Origin: Verrucomicrobiota bacterium
GTDB lineage: Bacteria > Verrucomicrobiota > Verrucomicrobiia > Limisphaerales > VHCN01
Length of the DNA: 64,000 bases
Assembly: GCA_016871675.1 (NCBI GenBank)
Contig: VHCN01000001.1
Coordinates: forward strand, 66,268-130,267
Direction of reading: 5' to 3'
Under the pieces are notes generated by a model. That model had not been told where the DNA came from. It did not search any database and was given only the letters and a program-made list of their open reading frames with translations. Every line of letters starts with the position of its first letter. Within the stretch, counting starts at the first letter, position 1. Made by a program: the position numbers and the translations under genes. Shown here one piece after another: positions 24,678 to 34,674 of the stretch.

Positions 24678-25076
24678 TTACTTCGCGCCCTGGTCAATCC
24701 ACGCGCGGATGAGGCCGACCTCGGCGGCCGTGAGGGGCTTGCCCTTGTCGGCGGGCGGCATGGCGTCGTCTTCGTTGAGACGGGCGACGGCCTTGACCAA
24801 GGAGCTGTCGGCGCTCTTCCCGGGAACGATGCACTTGCCGCTTTCGCCGCCCTTGAGGGCCGCGGCAAGGGTGTCGAGGCGGAGCTTGCCCTTCTGCTTC
24901 TCGGCGCCGTGGCACTTGAAGCACGCGGACTCGAACAGCGGCTTGATGTCCTTGGCGAAGGTGACGCCGGTCTTGGTCGAGGCGGGCGGGAGCTTCTTGT
25001 CGGCCGCCGTCGCGGTGAGCGCGAGCACGGCGCCGGCGGTCAGGACGGATGCGATGGAGATGGTTTTCAGTGACAT
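24678..25076 (-). CDS. Secreted mono-haem c-type cytochrome (Planctomycete cytochrome C, PSCyt1-like domain)
   Basis: It has a signal peptide and a CFKCHG (CxxCH) motif. [20 protein letters not shown] and IRAWIDQGA are typical of the PSCyt1 domain. Confidence 0.8.
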   Translation of the reverse strand: MSLKTISIASVLTAGAVLALTATAADKKLPPASTKTGVTFAKDIKPLFESACFKCHGAEKQKGKLRLDTLAAALKGGESGKCIVPGKSADSSLVKAVARLNEDDAMPPADKGKPLTAAEVGLIRAWIDQGAK

Positions 25077-25139
25077 ATGGGTTGTGGGTCTTCGGTTTTC
25101 AGTTTGTTGGTTTGCCAGACGTATCGGGCACGGAAAGAT

Positions 25140-26288
25140 TCACTTTACCTGCCTGACCTTGGTCCACTTCCGGGTCTTGCCGGAGTTGAGCACGGCGTCC
25201 ACGACGTAGTCGGTGGCGAGGCCGTCCTTGAAGTCGGGCTTGCAGCCCTTGCCGCTTTCGAGGCCTTGAATGAACTCGACCATCGCATGCACGAAGCTGT
25301 GTTCGTAGCCGAGTTGGAGGCCGGGCACCCACCACTTGCCGCAGTAGGGATGGTCGCCGTCGCTGACGTGGACGCTCTTCCAGCCGCGCTCGGCGCCGGT
25401 GTCCTCGTGGTCGTAAATCTGAAGGCGGTGGAGGTCGTGGAGGTCCCACTTGAGGCTCATGTGCTCGCCGTTGATCTCGAAGGTGTAGAGCGCCTTGTGG
25501 CCGCGGGCGTAGCGGGTGGACTCGAAGAGGCCGAGCGAGCCGTTGTTGAAGTGGCACATGAAGGAGCAGGCATCGTCGATGCCGACCTTCTCGACTTTGC
25601 CGGTGAGGTTGTGCTTGCGCTCCTTGACGAAGGTCTCGGTCATCGCGGTCACGTCCTTGATGCCGCCGTTGAGCCACATGGCAGTGTCGACGCAGTGCGC
25701 GAGCAGGTCACCGGTCACGCCGGAGCCTGCGACCTTCACGTCAAGGCGCCAGAGGCCCATGCCGCCCTGCGGGAGGTCGGGGTTGATGGTCCAGTCCTGG
25801 AGGAAGTTCGCGCGGTAGTGGAACACACGCCCGAGGCGGCCAGCGTCCACGAGATTCTTGGCAAGGACGACGGCGGGGCAGCGGCGGTAGTTATACCAGA
25901 CCATGTTGGGCACGCGGGCTTTCTCGATGGCCTTGACCATCGTCTCGGCCTGCCTGCCGTTGAGGGCGAGCGGCTTCTCGCAGAGGATCATCTTGCCGGC
26001 CTTGGCGGCGGCGATGGCCTGCTCGGCGTGGAGGTTGTTCGGCGTGGCGATGTCGATGACGTCAATGTCCGCGCGCTCGATGAGCTTGCGCCAGTCGGTC
26101 TCGATGGACTTGTAGCCCCACTTGTCGGCGAAAGCCTTTGTGGCTGCGGCGTCGCGGCCGCAGACGGCCTGCGGCACGACCTCGTAGCTGGAGGGGAAGA
26201 AGTGGTTGACCTGATGGAAGGCGTTGCTATGGGCGCGGCCCATGAAGCTGTAGCCGATGAGTCCGATGCGGAGGGGTTTTCTAGCCAT
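25140..26288 (-). CDS. Gfo/Idh/MocA-family oxidoreductase (cytoplasmic type)
   Basis: The start [23 protein letters not shown] is followed by ILCEKPLA and a typical C-terminal domain. ATG 26288 was chosen within the longer ORF. Confidence 0.85.
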   Translation of the reverse strand: MARKPLRIGLIGYSFMGRAHSNAFHQVNHFFPSSYEVVPQAVCGRDAAATKAFADKWGYKSIETDWRKLIERADIDVIDIATPNNLHAEQAIAAAKAGKMILCEKPLALNGRQAETMVKAIEKARVPNMVWYNYRRCPAVVLAKNLVDAGRLGRVFHYRANFLQDWTINPDLPQGGMGLWRLDVKVAGSGVTGDLLAHCVDTAMWLNGGIKDVTAMTETFVKERKHNLTGKVEKVGIDDACSFMCHFNNGSLGLFESTRYARGHKALYTFEINGEHMSLKWDLHDLHRLQIYDHEDTGAERGWKSVHVSDGDHPYCGKWWVPGLQLGYEHSFVHAMVEFIQGLESGKGCKPDFKDGLATDYVVDAVLNSGKTRKWTKVRQVK

Positions 26289-26320
26289 GATTCGAGGTTC
26301 GATGAATGATGTGTTTGAGA

Positions 26321-27370
26321 TTACGCCGCGCTCCACCCGTGCTTCTCGCGCACGGCGAGCATCGAGGCGAGGATGTTGTTCCACGTGTCCTGCTTCATCA
26401 TCACCTCGTTGGGGAACATGCAGCCGTCCCAGCAGATGTGCATGCAGGCCTTGGTGAGCTTGCGGTCCGCGTCGCGCAGCCAGTAGCCCGCGTGGTGCGG
26501 GATGTCGAGCTTGCCGTTCGGGTCGTTGACCTGGCAGTGCTTGCCGGTCTTGTCGTGCGAGCCGGAGCCCTTCACCGTTGCGTCATTCTGCGCGACGTGG
26601 AAGTCAATCGTCCACGGACGCAGCGCCTTCGTCAGCTTCGCGAGCGCCTTGTCGAGCACGCGTCTGTCCTTCCAATCGTAACCCGGCGGGAGAATGGCGT
26701 CGCTCTCGGCGTTGTAGCCGAGCGTGTAAAGGAGCGTGTGGGCCATGTCCGCCTGGAATCCCACGATCCCCGGCCGGTTGGTCTCCTCGAGCAAGTTCAC
26801 CATGGCGCGCCACGAGTGCATGCCGCCCCAGCAAATCTCTCCTTCTGCCGCGAGCCGTTCGCCGTGGTCGGCCGCGACGGCCGCGCCGTCGCGGAATGTC
26901 TGCGCGATGAGCTTGGTGTTGCCTTTGGGGTCCTTGTCCCAGTCGGCGACGCCCGCGGCGGAATCAATCCGCACGATGCCGTAGGGCCGGATGCCGAGCT
27001 CGCGCAGCTTCCTGCCGATGCGGCAGGCCTTCGTGACCGCAGCAACCCAGCCAGCGCGCTTGGTTTCGTCGCCCATGGCGCTGCCGTCGAACCACACCGG
27101 CGCGACGACTGAGCCGACCACGAAGCCCTTCGCCGCAATCTTGTCGGCGAGCGCCTTGATGGCGTCGTCGGAACTGTCGATGTCCGTGTGGGGGTTGTAG
27201 AGGAAGAGGTCCACGCCGTCGAATTTTGCGCCGTTGACCTCAGCCTTGGCGGTGAGGTCGAGCATCGTGTCCAGGTCGATGAACGGCTCGGCGCCGGGAC
27301 TGCCCTTGCCGACAAGGCCCGGCCACATGGCGTTGTGGAGTTTGGGAAAGAGATTGGCGGAGGCGCTCAT
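26321..27370 (-). CDS. Xylose-isomerase-like TIM-barrel protein (sugar phosphate isomerase/epimerase family)
   Basis: 349 aa. Segments such as [26 protein letters not shown] and FHVAQND fit the AP-endonuclease-2 / xylose isomerase-like fold family. Confidence 0.75.
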   Translation of the reverse strand: MSASANLFPKLHNAMWPGLVGKGSPGAEPFIDLDTMLDLTAKAEVNGAKFDGVDLFLYNPHTDIDSSDDAIKALADKIAAKGFVVGSVVAPVWFDGSAMGDETKRAGWVAAVTKACRIGRKLRELGIRPYGIVRIDSAAGVADWDKDPKGNTKLIAQTFRDGAAVAADHGERLAAEGEICWGGMHSWRAMVNLLEETNRPGIVGFQADMAHTLLYTLGYNAESDAILPPGYDWKDRRVLDKALAKLTKALRPWTIDFHVAQNDATVKGSGSHDKTGKHCQVNDPNGKLDIPHHAGYWLRDADRKLTKACMHICWDGCMFPNEVMMKQDTWNNILASMLAVREKHGWSAA

Positions 27371-27462
27371 AATGGTGGGTGCTGTGACGTCGGAAATGCG
27401 CGGCGAGAGTAGCCACGGCACTTTTGGCGAGGCAACTTCAAATTGCCGCACGCGGCGCGCGG

Positions 27463-28062
27463 CTACTTCCGCGGCGCATCAGGAGCGGCACCCGGTGCGG
27501 CGGGCATCGAGGCGGTCCGCGCGGGAGCCGCGGCGGCGATGGGGTCCTTGAACTTCGCCACGAGGTAACCGCCGACGGCGGCGAACACGATGCCCGCGAA
27601 GAACTGCCAGCGCATCGCCTTGAGGCCGCCCTCGGGCGGGTGCAGGACGAGCGCGGTGATGGCGTTCACGATGGGCGCGCCCGCGAAGATGATGGACATG
27701 ACCTCCGGCGGCTTGCCCTTCGCGCCGAACGCGAGCAACACACCGAGCGCGCCGACGGCACCGACGATGCCCGCGATGAGCGACCACCAGAGCCCCTTCG
27801 AGGGGTAGTTCCAGAAGTCGATCGCGCCGCCCTGCGACTTGAGGATCACCAGCGGCGCGAGCACGGCCGTGAGGAAGTAGGCGATGCCGACGAAGAGGAA
27901 CGCCTTCATGCGGAAGTGCGGATCCTTCATCCCCAGCGCCGGGTCCTGCATGCCGACCGTGCCGATGTGGAGGAACACGCCGTAGACGCCCCACGTCAGG
28001 ACGGTCAGCAGCGCGAAGAGCAGCCACGTCTGAGTGGCGGTGGGTGAAGGTGCATCAGGCAT
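27463..28062 (-). CDS. Hypothetical small integral membrane protein
   Basis: 199 aa with about 5 hydrophobic helices ([21 protein letters not shown]; [21 protein letters not shown]; [21 protein letters not shown] …). It is the first gene of the isomerase/oxidoreductase string. I recognise no family. Confidence 0.5.
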   Translation of the reverse strand: MPDAPSPTATQTWLLFALLTVLTWGVYGVFLHIGTVGMQDPALGMKDPHFRMKAFLFVGIAYFLTAVLAPLVILKSQGGAIDFWNYPSKGLWWSLIAGIVGAVGALGVLLAFGAKGKPPEVMSIIFAGAPIVNAITALVLHPPEGGLKAMRWQFFAGIVFAAVGGYLVAKFKDPIAAAAPARTASMPAAPGAAPDAPRK

Positions 28063-28267
28063 CGTGCGCGCAGGTTAAGGGCGCGGCGCGGCCGCGCACA
28101 AATCTTTTCGAACGAATGACCGCGGGGCCGTGGCGGCGGGCCAGGGGGGCCTGCCCCTACGACCTGGGCGATCGAGAACATGCCCCGAACCGGGAAAGGT
28201 TTGACCCCTCCCTCCGCACAGGATAAACCATGCGTGTTCGTCCGGGTGTTCGCATGGGATTGTTTCG

Positions 28268-28993
28268 ATGAGCGTTTCCTTCCTCTTTCTCGCCGCCGCG
28301 GCTCCGCCACCGCCGGGCGAACTCACCTACATTTGGACCCACGCCACCATCGAGGCGAAGGTCATCATCGTCATCCTGATTCTCTTCAGCATTTTCGCGT
28401 GGTCGGTGATGGCGAGCAAGGCCATCCAGATGCGGCGCGCGACGCGGCTCAACGGCTACTTCGAGCTGGAGTTTCGTCCGCAGAAGAACGTGATTTCGAT
28501 CCACGACCGCCGTGTGCAGGTGGAGGGTTGCCCGCTCTTCGCCGTCTATCAGTCGGGCTGCGTGGAGCTGGAAACGCGCCTGCGGACATCCGAGGGCCGG
28601 CGCAAGTTCATCTCGTTGAAATCCATCGAGCACATCAAACGCACGATCGAGAGCGAGGTCGCGCGGCAGTCGCTCAAGCTCGAGTCCGGGCTCATCCTGC
28701 TGGCGATCGCGGTGAGCGGCGGGCCGTTCCTCGGGTTGCTCGGGACGGTGTGGGGCGTGATGCAGACCTTCAGCGCCGTGGGCATGAAGGGCCAGGCGGA
28801 CCTGCCGACGATGGCGCCCGGCGTCGCCGCGGCGCTCGTGACGACGGTCGCCGGACTCCTCGTCGCCATCCCGTCGATGTTCGGCTACAACTGGCTCGTG
28901 CACACCCTGCGCGTGCTCACGGTGGAACTGGACAACTTCGCGCAGGACTTGGTGTCGCGGATGGAGACGGAGTATCTGAAGGAAGATGAATGA
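28268..28993 (+). CDS. tolQ: MotA/TolQ/ExbB proton-channel protein
   Basis: GGPFLGLLGTVWGVMQTF and APGVAAALVTTVAGLLVAIPSMFGYNWL are family signatures. It is called tolQ because tolB lies downstream. Confidence 0.85.
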   Translation: MSVSFLFLAAAAPPPPGELTYIWTHATIEAKVIIVILILFSIFAWSVMASKAIQMRRATRLNGYFELEFRPQKNVISIHDRRVQVEGCPLFAVYQSGCVELETRLRTSEGRRKFISLKSIEHIKRTIESEVARQSLKLESGLILLAIAVSGGPFLGLLGTVWGVMQTFSAVGMKGQADLPTMAPGVAAALVTTVAGLLVAIPSMFGYNWLVHTLRVLTVELDNFAQDLVSRMETEYLKEDE

Positions 28994-29071
28994 GCGCGAC
29001 GATCGCAACTTCCGAAACCCGGATGCAAGCCCTGCGCCCGCCCGCGGCGCACGTTGACCGCGCCTGAAATC

Positions 29072-29485
29072 ATGCGCCGCTTCAGCCAACGCAATTCACT
29101 GGTCACGCTGAGTGAGATCAACATCACTCCGCTGCTCGACCTCGCGTTCGTGCTCCTCATCATCTTCGTGATCACCCGCCCGCTGCTGGAGAACAGCATC
29201 CAGCTCAACCTCCCCGAGGGCGGCACCGAGACCGGCAAAGTGGACCCGCGCGACGTGCGGCGCGTCGAAATCTCGACCCGCGGCGACTACCGGCTCGACG
29301 GGCGCGGCGTGTCGCTCGCGCAACTGGAGCAGATGCTCGTGGCGGCATTCCATGCAAACGCGAAGAGCGTCGTCTACATCCGCGCCGACGAGCAGGGCGT
29401 CAACAAACACACCTACGCCGTGTTCGACATCTGCCAGCGGCGCGGCATCACGCGGTTTGCCTTCGCGACGGAGGCGCCGAGGTAA
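29072..29485 (+). CDS. tolR: ExbD/TolR biopolymer transport protein
   Basis: INITPLLDLAFVLLIIFVIT is followed by a typical periplasmic domain (…VVYIRADEQGVNKHTYAVFDICQRRG). ATG 29072 is preferred over TTG 29054. Confidence 0.85.
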   Translation: MRRFSQRNSLVTLSEINITPLLDLAFVLLIIFVITRPLLENSIQLNLPEGGTETGKVDPRDVRRVEISTRGDYRLDGRGVSLAQLEQMLVAAFHANAKSVVYIRADEQGVNKHTYAVFDICQRRGITRFAFATEAPR

Positions 29486-29486
29486 C

Positions 29487-30452
29487 ATGGACCGCACCCA
29501 GCACAAGTGCTTCCTCGCCTCCGCGCTTCTGCACGGCGCGCTGCTCGCCGCGGTGGTCGTCGTGTCCGCGTTCTCCAAGGCGCCGCCCGACCTGCCGAAG
29601 ACCGCGCTCACCTACGTGCCCATCAACGCGAAGGACCTTGCCGGCGCGCCACCTGCCGCGCCGGACCCGACCGACGTCGCGCCCCCGCCCACACCTCCGC
29701 CGCCCACCCCGCCTTCCCCACCGCCACCGGCACCCGCGCCGAAGGTGGAAACCAAGTTGCCGACACCGGTGAAAGACGAAGGGGTCCCGGCCAAGAAACC
29801 CACGCCTCCGAAGGACAAGGGACTTCTCCCGACGAAGGAGAAAAGCAAACCCAAGGACGAGGCCAAGAAACCCGCGCCGCCCAAGGTCGAGAAAGTGGAG
29901 CCCAAGAAAGCCGCGCAGCCGAAGAAGGACGAACCCAAGATCAAGCTCGCCTCCACGGACCATCTCGTCCCTCGGAGCAACCCCATGAAGGAGACTGACT
30001 CGAAGTCCAAGGCCACGGAAAGCGACGCGAAGAAGCGCGCCGACCAATATGCCAAGATGCGCACCGAGTGGGAGAAGAACCTGCAGGGCGCGATCGGCGG
30101 GTTGAAATCGGGGCTCTCCTCGCCCATCACCATCGACACGCCGGGCGCGGGTGCTTCGGCCTTCTTGAGCTACGGCGCGGAGATCGTCAGCCGCTACGAG
30201 CGCAACTGGCTCGTGCCCGCCGACGCCATCGAGGACAACTCCGTGGTGCAAATCGTCGTGACCATCGCGCGGGACGGCCACGTGATCGACGCGCGCGTCG
30301 TCCGCCCGTGCGGCCGCGCGGTGGTGGACAAATCGGTGCGCGAGACGCTCCAGCGCGTGCGCGTGTTCCCGCCGTTCCCCGCGGGCTCGACCGACGAGCA
30401 GCGCACCTTCAACGTGGACTTCAACCTCAAGGCCAAACGCTCCGCCGGATGA
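29487..30452 (+). CDS. tolA: TolA/TonB-like protein (TM anchor, Pro/Lys-rich linker, TonB_C-like domain)
   Basis: The N-terminal anchor is FLASALLHGALLAAVVVV. The linker is long and rich in P, K and E. The C-terminal domain resembles TonB_C (…VQIVVTIARDGHVIDARVVRPCG…VDKSVRETLQRV…FPPFP). Confidence 0.7.
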   Translation: MDRTQHKCFLASALLHGALLAAVVVVSAFSKAPPDLPKTALTYVPINAKDLAGAPPAAPDPTDVAPPPTPPPPTPPSPPPPAPAPKVETKLPTPVKDEGVPAKKPTPPKDKGLLPTKEKSKPKDEAKKPAPPKVEKVEPKKAAQPKKDEPKIKLASTDHLVPRSNPMKETDSKSKATESDAKKRADQYAKMRTEWEKNLQGAIGGLKSGLSSPITIDTPGAGASAFLSYGAEIVSRYERNWLVPADAIEDNSVVQIVVTIARDGHVIDARVVRPCGRAVVDKSVRETLQRVRVFPPFPAGSTDEQRTFNVDFNLKAKRSAG

Positions 30453-31639
30453 AAACCCCCGCTCCCATCGCCGCCGCGCTCGTGTTGCTCTTCACCGTCT
30501 CCGGCCGTTGCGGCACACAGGAGCCGGACCGGTTGATCGTCACCGGCGCCGCGCAGAACAAGCTGATTCCCATCTCGCTCGGCGGGTTCAACGGCGTGGC
30601 TTACGACGTGTTGAAGTTCGACCTCGAGGTTGCGGGTTGCAAGGTCGTGAGCTCGAACAACGCCGCGTATCACGTCTTCGGCAGCAACGACACCACGCTC
30701 AAGGGTTACTTGACGGTGGCGGGCGGAACGAACGCAGCGGCGGCCGGAGCCGCGCCCTTGCTTGCGATGCATGTCACCGGCGCCCCGATGCGGGCGCTTG
30801 CGCATGCGTTCTCCGATGGCGTCGTGGCCAAGTTCGGCCGGCGCGGTGTCGCGCAGACGCGCATCGCGTTCAAGGCCACCTTTCGCGGCTACTCCGAGGC
30901 CTTCATCAGCGACTACGACGGCGCGAACGCGGTGCAAGTCACGCGCTACGGGAAGATCCTCGCCGTGCCGGCTTGGAGCCCTGACCACTCCACGCTTTAT
31001 TACATGTCCCACCTCAAACACGATTTCCCCTTCCTTTACGGGCATCGGCTTGCCACCGGGAATCGCTTCACCATCGCGGAGTATCCCGGCTCCTGCATGT
31101 CTCCCGCCGTGGCGCGCGACGGCCGCGTCGCGATGGTCCTGAGCAAGGGAGGCAGCCCGGAAGTTTACGTCGCCGACGCCACAGGCCGGAGCCCGCGGCA
31201 GATTACGTTCACCCGCGAAGGCGCGTCGGCGCCCTGCTGGTCGCCCGATGGCCAGTGGATTTGCTACGCCTCGCGCGAGGCCGGGCCGGCGCGCCTTTAC
31301 AAAGTTCCTGCCAGCGGCGGCCCGGCCCAGCCCATCGCCACGATCGACGCGCCGAATTCCACCGAGCCCGACTGGTCTCCCGACGGCAAGACCATCGTGT
31401 TCACTTCGCAGAACCGCGGATTCAAGATCTTCACCGTGCCCGCGACGGGAGGTCAGGCCGAGTATCTTTGCGAAGGCGAAGATCCGAGCTGGGCGCCCAA
31501 TTCCCGCACTGTGATGTTCGTGAAGCGCCGCGACTCAGATCAATCCTACTCGCTTGCCCTCATCGACGTGCCGACGAAACAGGTGAAGGACATCCCCGTG
31601 AATCTCGGGAATGCCTCGCAACCCGCTTGGGCACGCTGA
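30449..31639 (+). CDS. tolB: TolB-like periplasmic beta-propeller protein
   Basis: It has a signal peptide and repeated WSPDG blades (PAWSPDHSTLYY, PCWSPDGQWICYAS, PDWSPDGKTIVFTS, PSWAPNSRTVMF). The ATG overlaps the tolA stop (ATGA). Confidence 0.85.
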   Translation: MKTPAPIAAALVLLFTVSGRCGTQEPDRLIVTGAAQNKLIPISLGGFNGVAYDVLKFDLEVAGCKVVSSNNAAYHVFGSNDTTLKGYLTVAGGTNAAAAGAAPLLAMHVTGAPMRALAHAFSDGVVAKFGRRGVAQTRIAFKATFRGYSEAFISDYDGANAVQVTRYGKILAVPAWSPDHSTLYYMSHLKHDFPFLYGHRLATGNRFTIAEYPGSCMSPAVARDGRVAMVLSKGGSPEVYVADATGRSPRQITFTREGASAPCWSPDGQWICYASREAGPARLYKVPASGGPAQPIATIDAPNSTEPDWSPDGKTIVFTSQNRGFKIFTVPATGGQAEYLCEGEDPSWAPNSRTVMFVKRRDSDQSYSLALIDVPTKQVKDIPVNLGNASQPAWAR

Positions 31640-31657
31640 TTCCGACCTGCTCAACTC

Positions 31658-31942
31658 ATGAAAACTGGATCGCTCCGCTTCGTTCTGCTCGCCGGTCTTG
31701 CCGCGACTTCGGTTGCCGGACTGACGGGCTGCGCGTCCTCGCGTCCCAGGCAACCCGGCGGTCCCATCACCATCCTCCGCGGTGGTGGACGTGGCACGGG
31801 TCGATGCCCGTTCCAGGCACTGCACCGCGTCGGGGCGCGCGTTGCCGCCCGCCGCGCCCGCGCCCGCAACGCTGCCGGTCGTGACCGCGCCGGCGCCCAC
31901 GGGCGGCTTGCAGCGGCTTGTCGAATCGCGTCCCGGCGGTGA
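31658..31942 (+). CDS. Putative lipoprotein, probably frameshifted or decayed (in the position where pal is expected)
   Basis: The lipobox is good (LLAGLAATSVAGLTGCASS). The frame then turns Arg-rich. Third-position GC suggests the coding phase moves to another frame near 31780 (…PPAAPAPATLPVVTAPAPTGG…) and back near 31940. No OmpA/Pal motif appears in any frame. Confidence 0.3.
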   Translation: MKTGSLRFVLLAGLAATSVAGLTGCASSRPRQPGGPITILRGGGRGTGRCPFQALHRVGARVAARRARARNAAGRDRAGAHGRLAAACRIASRR

Positions 31943-32061
31943 CCGGGCCACGGCGAGGAATCGTGGTGGCAGAATCGCCGCGGGCAGTTCGTGTTGCTGC
32001 GGCCGGGGAATTGAACGGGGCAGACTATGGCTGGGAACGCCGCCGAGCCGACACCGCCGGC

Positions 32062-33372
32062 TCAGATCACCGTGCCGCTCGGGATGACGCCGTCCTTCGG
32101 GATGATGACAATGCCGTCGCGGATGAAGTAGCGGGGCATGTCCACGTTCTCGGGCTTGCCTTCGGGGGTGATGATGACGTTGTCGCCGATGCGCGCGTTC
32201 TTGTCGATGATGGCGTTCTCGATGCGGCAGTTCTGGCCGATGCCGATGCGGGGCTGGCCGCGCGCCTCGTGCTCGGCGATGCTCGCCGCGCTCTCGTAGT
32301 AGTCGTTGCCGAGGAGGAAGACCCGGTGCAGCCGGCTGCCGGGGCCCACAAGGCTGCGGATTCCAACCACGCAGTGCGACATCTGCGCGCGCGTCAGGAT
32401 GCAGCCGTCGCTGATGAGCGCGTGGTCGATGGCGGCGCCGTTGATCTTCGAGCCCGGGAGGAAACGCGGCCTCGTGTAAACCGGCGCGGACATGTCGAAG
32501 AAGTTGAAGCGCGGCAGCTCCGCGACAAGGTCGAGGTTCGCCTCGAAGAACGCGCGGATGGTGCCGATGTCCTCCCAGTAGCCCTGGAAGACGTGGCTGA
32601 ACACGCGGTGCGTCTCGATGGCGCCGGGGATGATGTGCTTGCCAAAGTCGGTGTGGTTGTTGTCCAGCAGGCTCGCGAGCACGTCGCGGTTGAAGAGGTA
32701 AATGCCCATCGAGGCGAGGAACAGCTCGTCGTTGCCCTGGATGCCGAGGCCGGCGTAGCTCGTGGGGTCGAGCCTGAGCGTGTCCTGCACGGCGGGGTCC
32801 TTCGGCTTTTCCACGAAGCGCACGATGCGCCGCTCCTTGTTGATCTGCATGATGCCGAGCGCCTGCGCGGATTCGCGGAGCACCGGGATGGTCGCGATGC
32901 TCAAGTCCGCCGCCACCTCGACGTGCTGGTGCATGATCTTGCGAAAGTCCATCCGGTAAAGCTGGTCGCCGCTCAGGATCAGCACGTAGTCCCAATCGTG
33001 GTTGAACAGGTGGATGAGATTCTTGCGCACCGCGTCGGCCGTTCCCTGATACCAGGTGGTGTCGGTGGAGGTCTGCTCCGCGGCGAGGATTTCCACGAAG
33101 CCGCCGGAGAAGTGGTCGAACTTGTAGCTCTGCGAGATGTGCCGGTGCAGCGACGCGGAGTTGAACTGCGTGAGCAGGTAAACGCGCTTGATGCCCGAGT
33201 TGATGCAGTTGGAAATCGGGATGTCCACAAGGCGATACTTGCCGCCGAGCGGCACGGCGGGCTTGGACCGGCTCTTGGTGAGCGGGAACAAACGCGTGCC
33301 CTGTCCGCCGCCCATGACCACGGCGAGGATGTTTGCGGGATTGGGAGTTTGTCTGCGGACGAGGGTGGTCAT
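32062..33372 (-). CDS. glgC: Glucose-1-phosphate adenylyltransferase
   Basis: ILAVVMGGGQGTRLFPLTKSRSKPAVPLGGKYRLVDIPISNCINSG is the ADP-Glc pyrophosphorylase N-terminal signature. The C-terminus has hexapeptide repeats. ATG 33372 was chosen. Confidence 0.9.
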   Translation of the reverse strand: MTTLVRRQTPNPANILAVVMGGGQGTRLFPLTKSRSKPAVPLGGKYRLVDIPISNCINSGIKRVYLLTQFNSASLHRHISQSYKFDHFSGGFVEILAAEQTSTDTTWYQGTADAVRKNLIHLFNHDWDYVLILSGDQLYRMDFRKIMHQHVEVAADLSIATIPVLRESAQALGIMQINKERRIVRFVEKPKDPAVQDTLRLDPTSYAGLGIQGNDELFLASMGIYLFNRDVLASLLDNNHTDFGKHIIPGAIETHRVFSHVFQGYWEDIGTIRAFFEANLDLVAELPRFNFFDMSAPVYTRPRFLPGSKINGAAIDHALISDGCILTRAQMSHCVVGIRSLVGPGSRLHRVFLLGNDYYESAASIAEHEARGQPRIGIGQNCRIENAIIDKNARIGDNVIITPEGKPENVDMPRYFIRDGIVIIPKDGVIPSGTVI

Positions 33373-33485
33373 GATCGACTGTGGGCCTGCGAACCGACGC
33401 GCGATTCTTAACCTCACGGGCGCTGGCAGCGCAAGCAGCTTCAGGCCGGCGCGTTTCGATCCCTCGGGTTCTGCAACCTCATCCT

Positions 33486-33642
33486 ATGTGCGCCATCATC
33501 GGCTACATCGGCAAACGGCAGGTGGCGCCCATCATCGTCAAGGGGGTGCGCCGCCTCGAATACCGCGGTTACGACAGCGCCGGCATGGCGCGGCTGCGAC
33601 GTGGACAAGCCGCGCAACCCCGCCAAGAGCGTCACCGTCGAG
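33486..33642 (+). pseudogene. glmS: glmS deletion remnant (first ~35 codons joined out of frame to the last ~17 codons)
   Basis: [35 protein letters not shown] is the Ntn glutaminase N-terminus of GlmS. Shifted by one nucleotide, the +1 frame reads [17 protein letters not shown], the near-universal GlmS C-terminus. The ~550 codons in between are absent. Confidence 0.8.
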
Positions 33643-34609
33643 ACACCTCCGCGCCCCCGACCGGCTTCCAGTGCGCGATCACGTTGGCCGCGAAGATCAG
33701 CCCGCCGCCGGCGAGCAGGTGCGCCGTGAGGGTCTCGTTCGGATACGGAATCCCCGCCCATGCGCCAAGCCATGCCGGCGCGACGCGCGCGAGCGCGCTC
33801 GCGAACACCGGCTCGCAACTGTAGATCAATCCCGCCAGCGTCGCCCCGACATGGCGCTGCCAGTGGTTCATCAGCACGCCGGCGCCGAGCGTGCACACCG
33901 CCACCAGGATCACAAGCATCCCGAGCAGCGGCGCGGTGCGATACGCGGCGAGCCAGTCGTCGCCACGCTGTGTTGTGACGAGCGCGACGGGCAGCCCCAC
34001 GAGCGCCATCACCGCGAACTGCACCGTGGTCGAGTGGTTGATGCGGCACGCGGCGAACCTCGCGCGTTCAAGCCACAGGATTTGCGCCGTGAAGAACAGC
34101 GAGGCGATGAGCGTTTCGAGTTCGCCGCGTCCGAGGCGGAAGCTCCGGAAGTCCACGCGCGCCAGCACCGCCACCCCCGCGGTGACGAGCGCGCACCCGA
34201 GGATGACGTTCCACACGGGCATGCGCCGGTCCCTCCACGCGACCCACAGCGGGATGAGGAAGCAGTAGCACTGCGAGAGAAACGCCGACGTGCTGGCGTC
34301 CGTGTGCGCGAGCCCGTCCATCTGAAGCAGCAGCCCGATGCCGGCGAAGAAGCCGAGCCCGAGTCCATGCTGCCATTCAAGGCGCGTCATCGTGCGGAGG
34401 GTCGGCGCCGTCCACACCGCCAGCACCATCGCCGCGAGGCCGAACCGGTAGACCGTGCAGAGCCCGGCGAAGAAAAACGTGCTCCGACCGGGCAGCAGTC
34501 CCTCCTGCGCAAGCGAGACGGCGCGCATCGTCGGGAAGCTGACCGCCCACAGCACCGTGACGAACACGAGCACCTGCCTGGCCCGGCGTTGAAGCGGATC
34601 GTGCGGCAT
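33632..34609 (-). CDS. EamA/DMT-family transporter
   Basis: 325 aa with about 10 TM helices arranged as two EamA-like halves. Its 3' end overlaps the glmS remnant tail in antisense. Confidence 0.8.
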   Translation of the reverse strand: MPHDPLQRRARQVLVFVTVLWAVSFPTMRAVSLAQEGLLPGRSTFFFAGLCTVYRFGLAAMVLAVWTAPTLRTMTRLEWQHGLGLGFFAGIGLLLQMDGLAHTDASTSAFLSQCYCFLIPLWVAWRDRRMPVWNVILGCALVTAGVAVLARVDFRSFRLGRGELETLIASLFFTAQILWLERARFAACRINHSTTVQFAVMALVGLPVALVTTQRGDDWLAAYRTAPLLGMLVILVAVCTLGAGVLMNHWQRHVGATLAGLIYSCEPVFASALARVAPAWLGAWAGIPYPNETLTAHLLAGGGLIFAANVIAHWKPVGGAEVSRR

Positions 34610-34674
34610 GACGCGGGCGTGTTTAGCCGAACGCGCCGGCGGGACGAAGCGGAATCACAAGGCCGCGCCGGTCC

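Noticed and set aside
28201-28229. TTGACC-17 nt-TAAACC as a promoter for tolQ
   Set aside because: The -10 element is poor, and this is a pattern match alone in GC-rich DNA. It is too weak to report as a feature.
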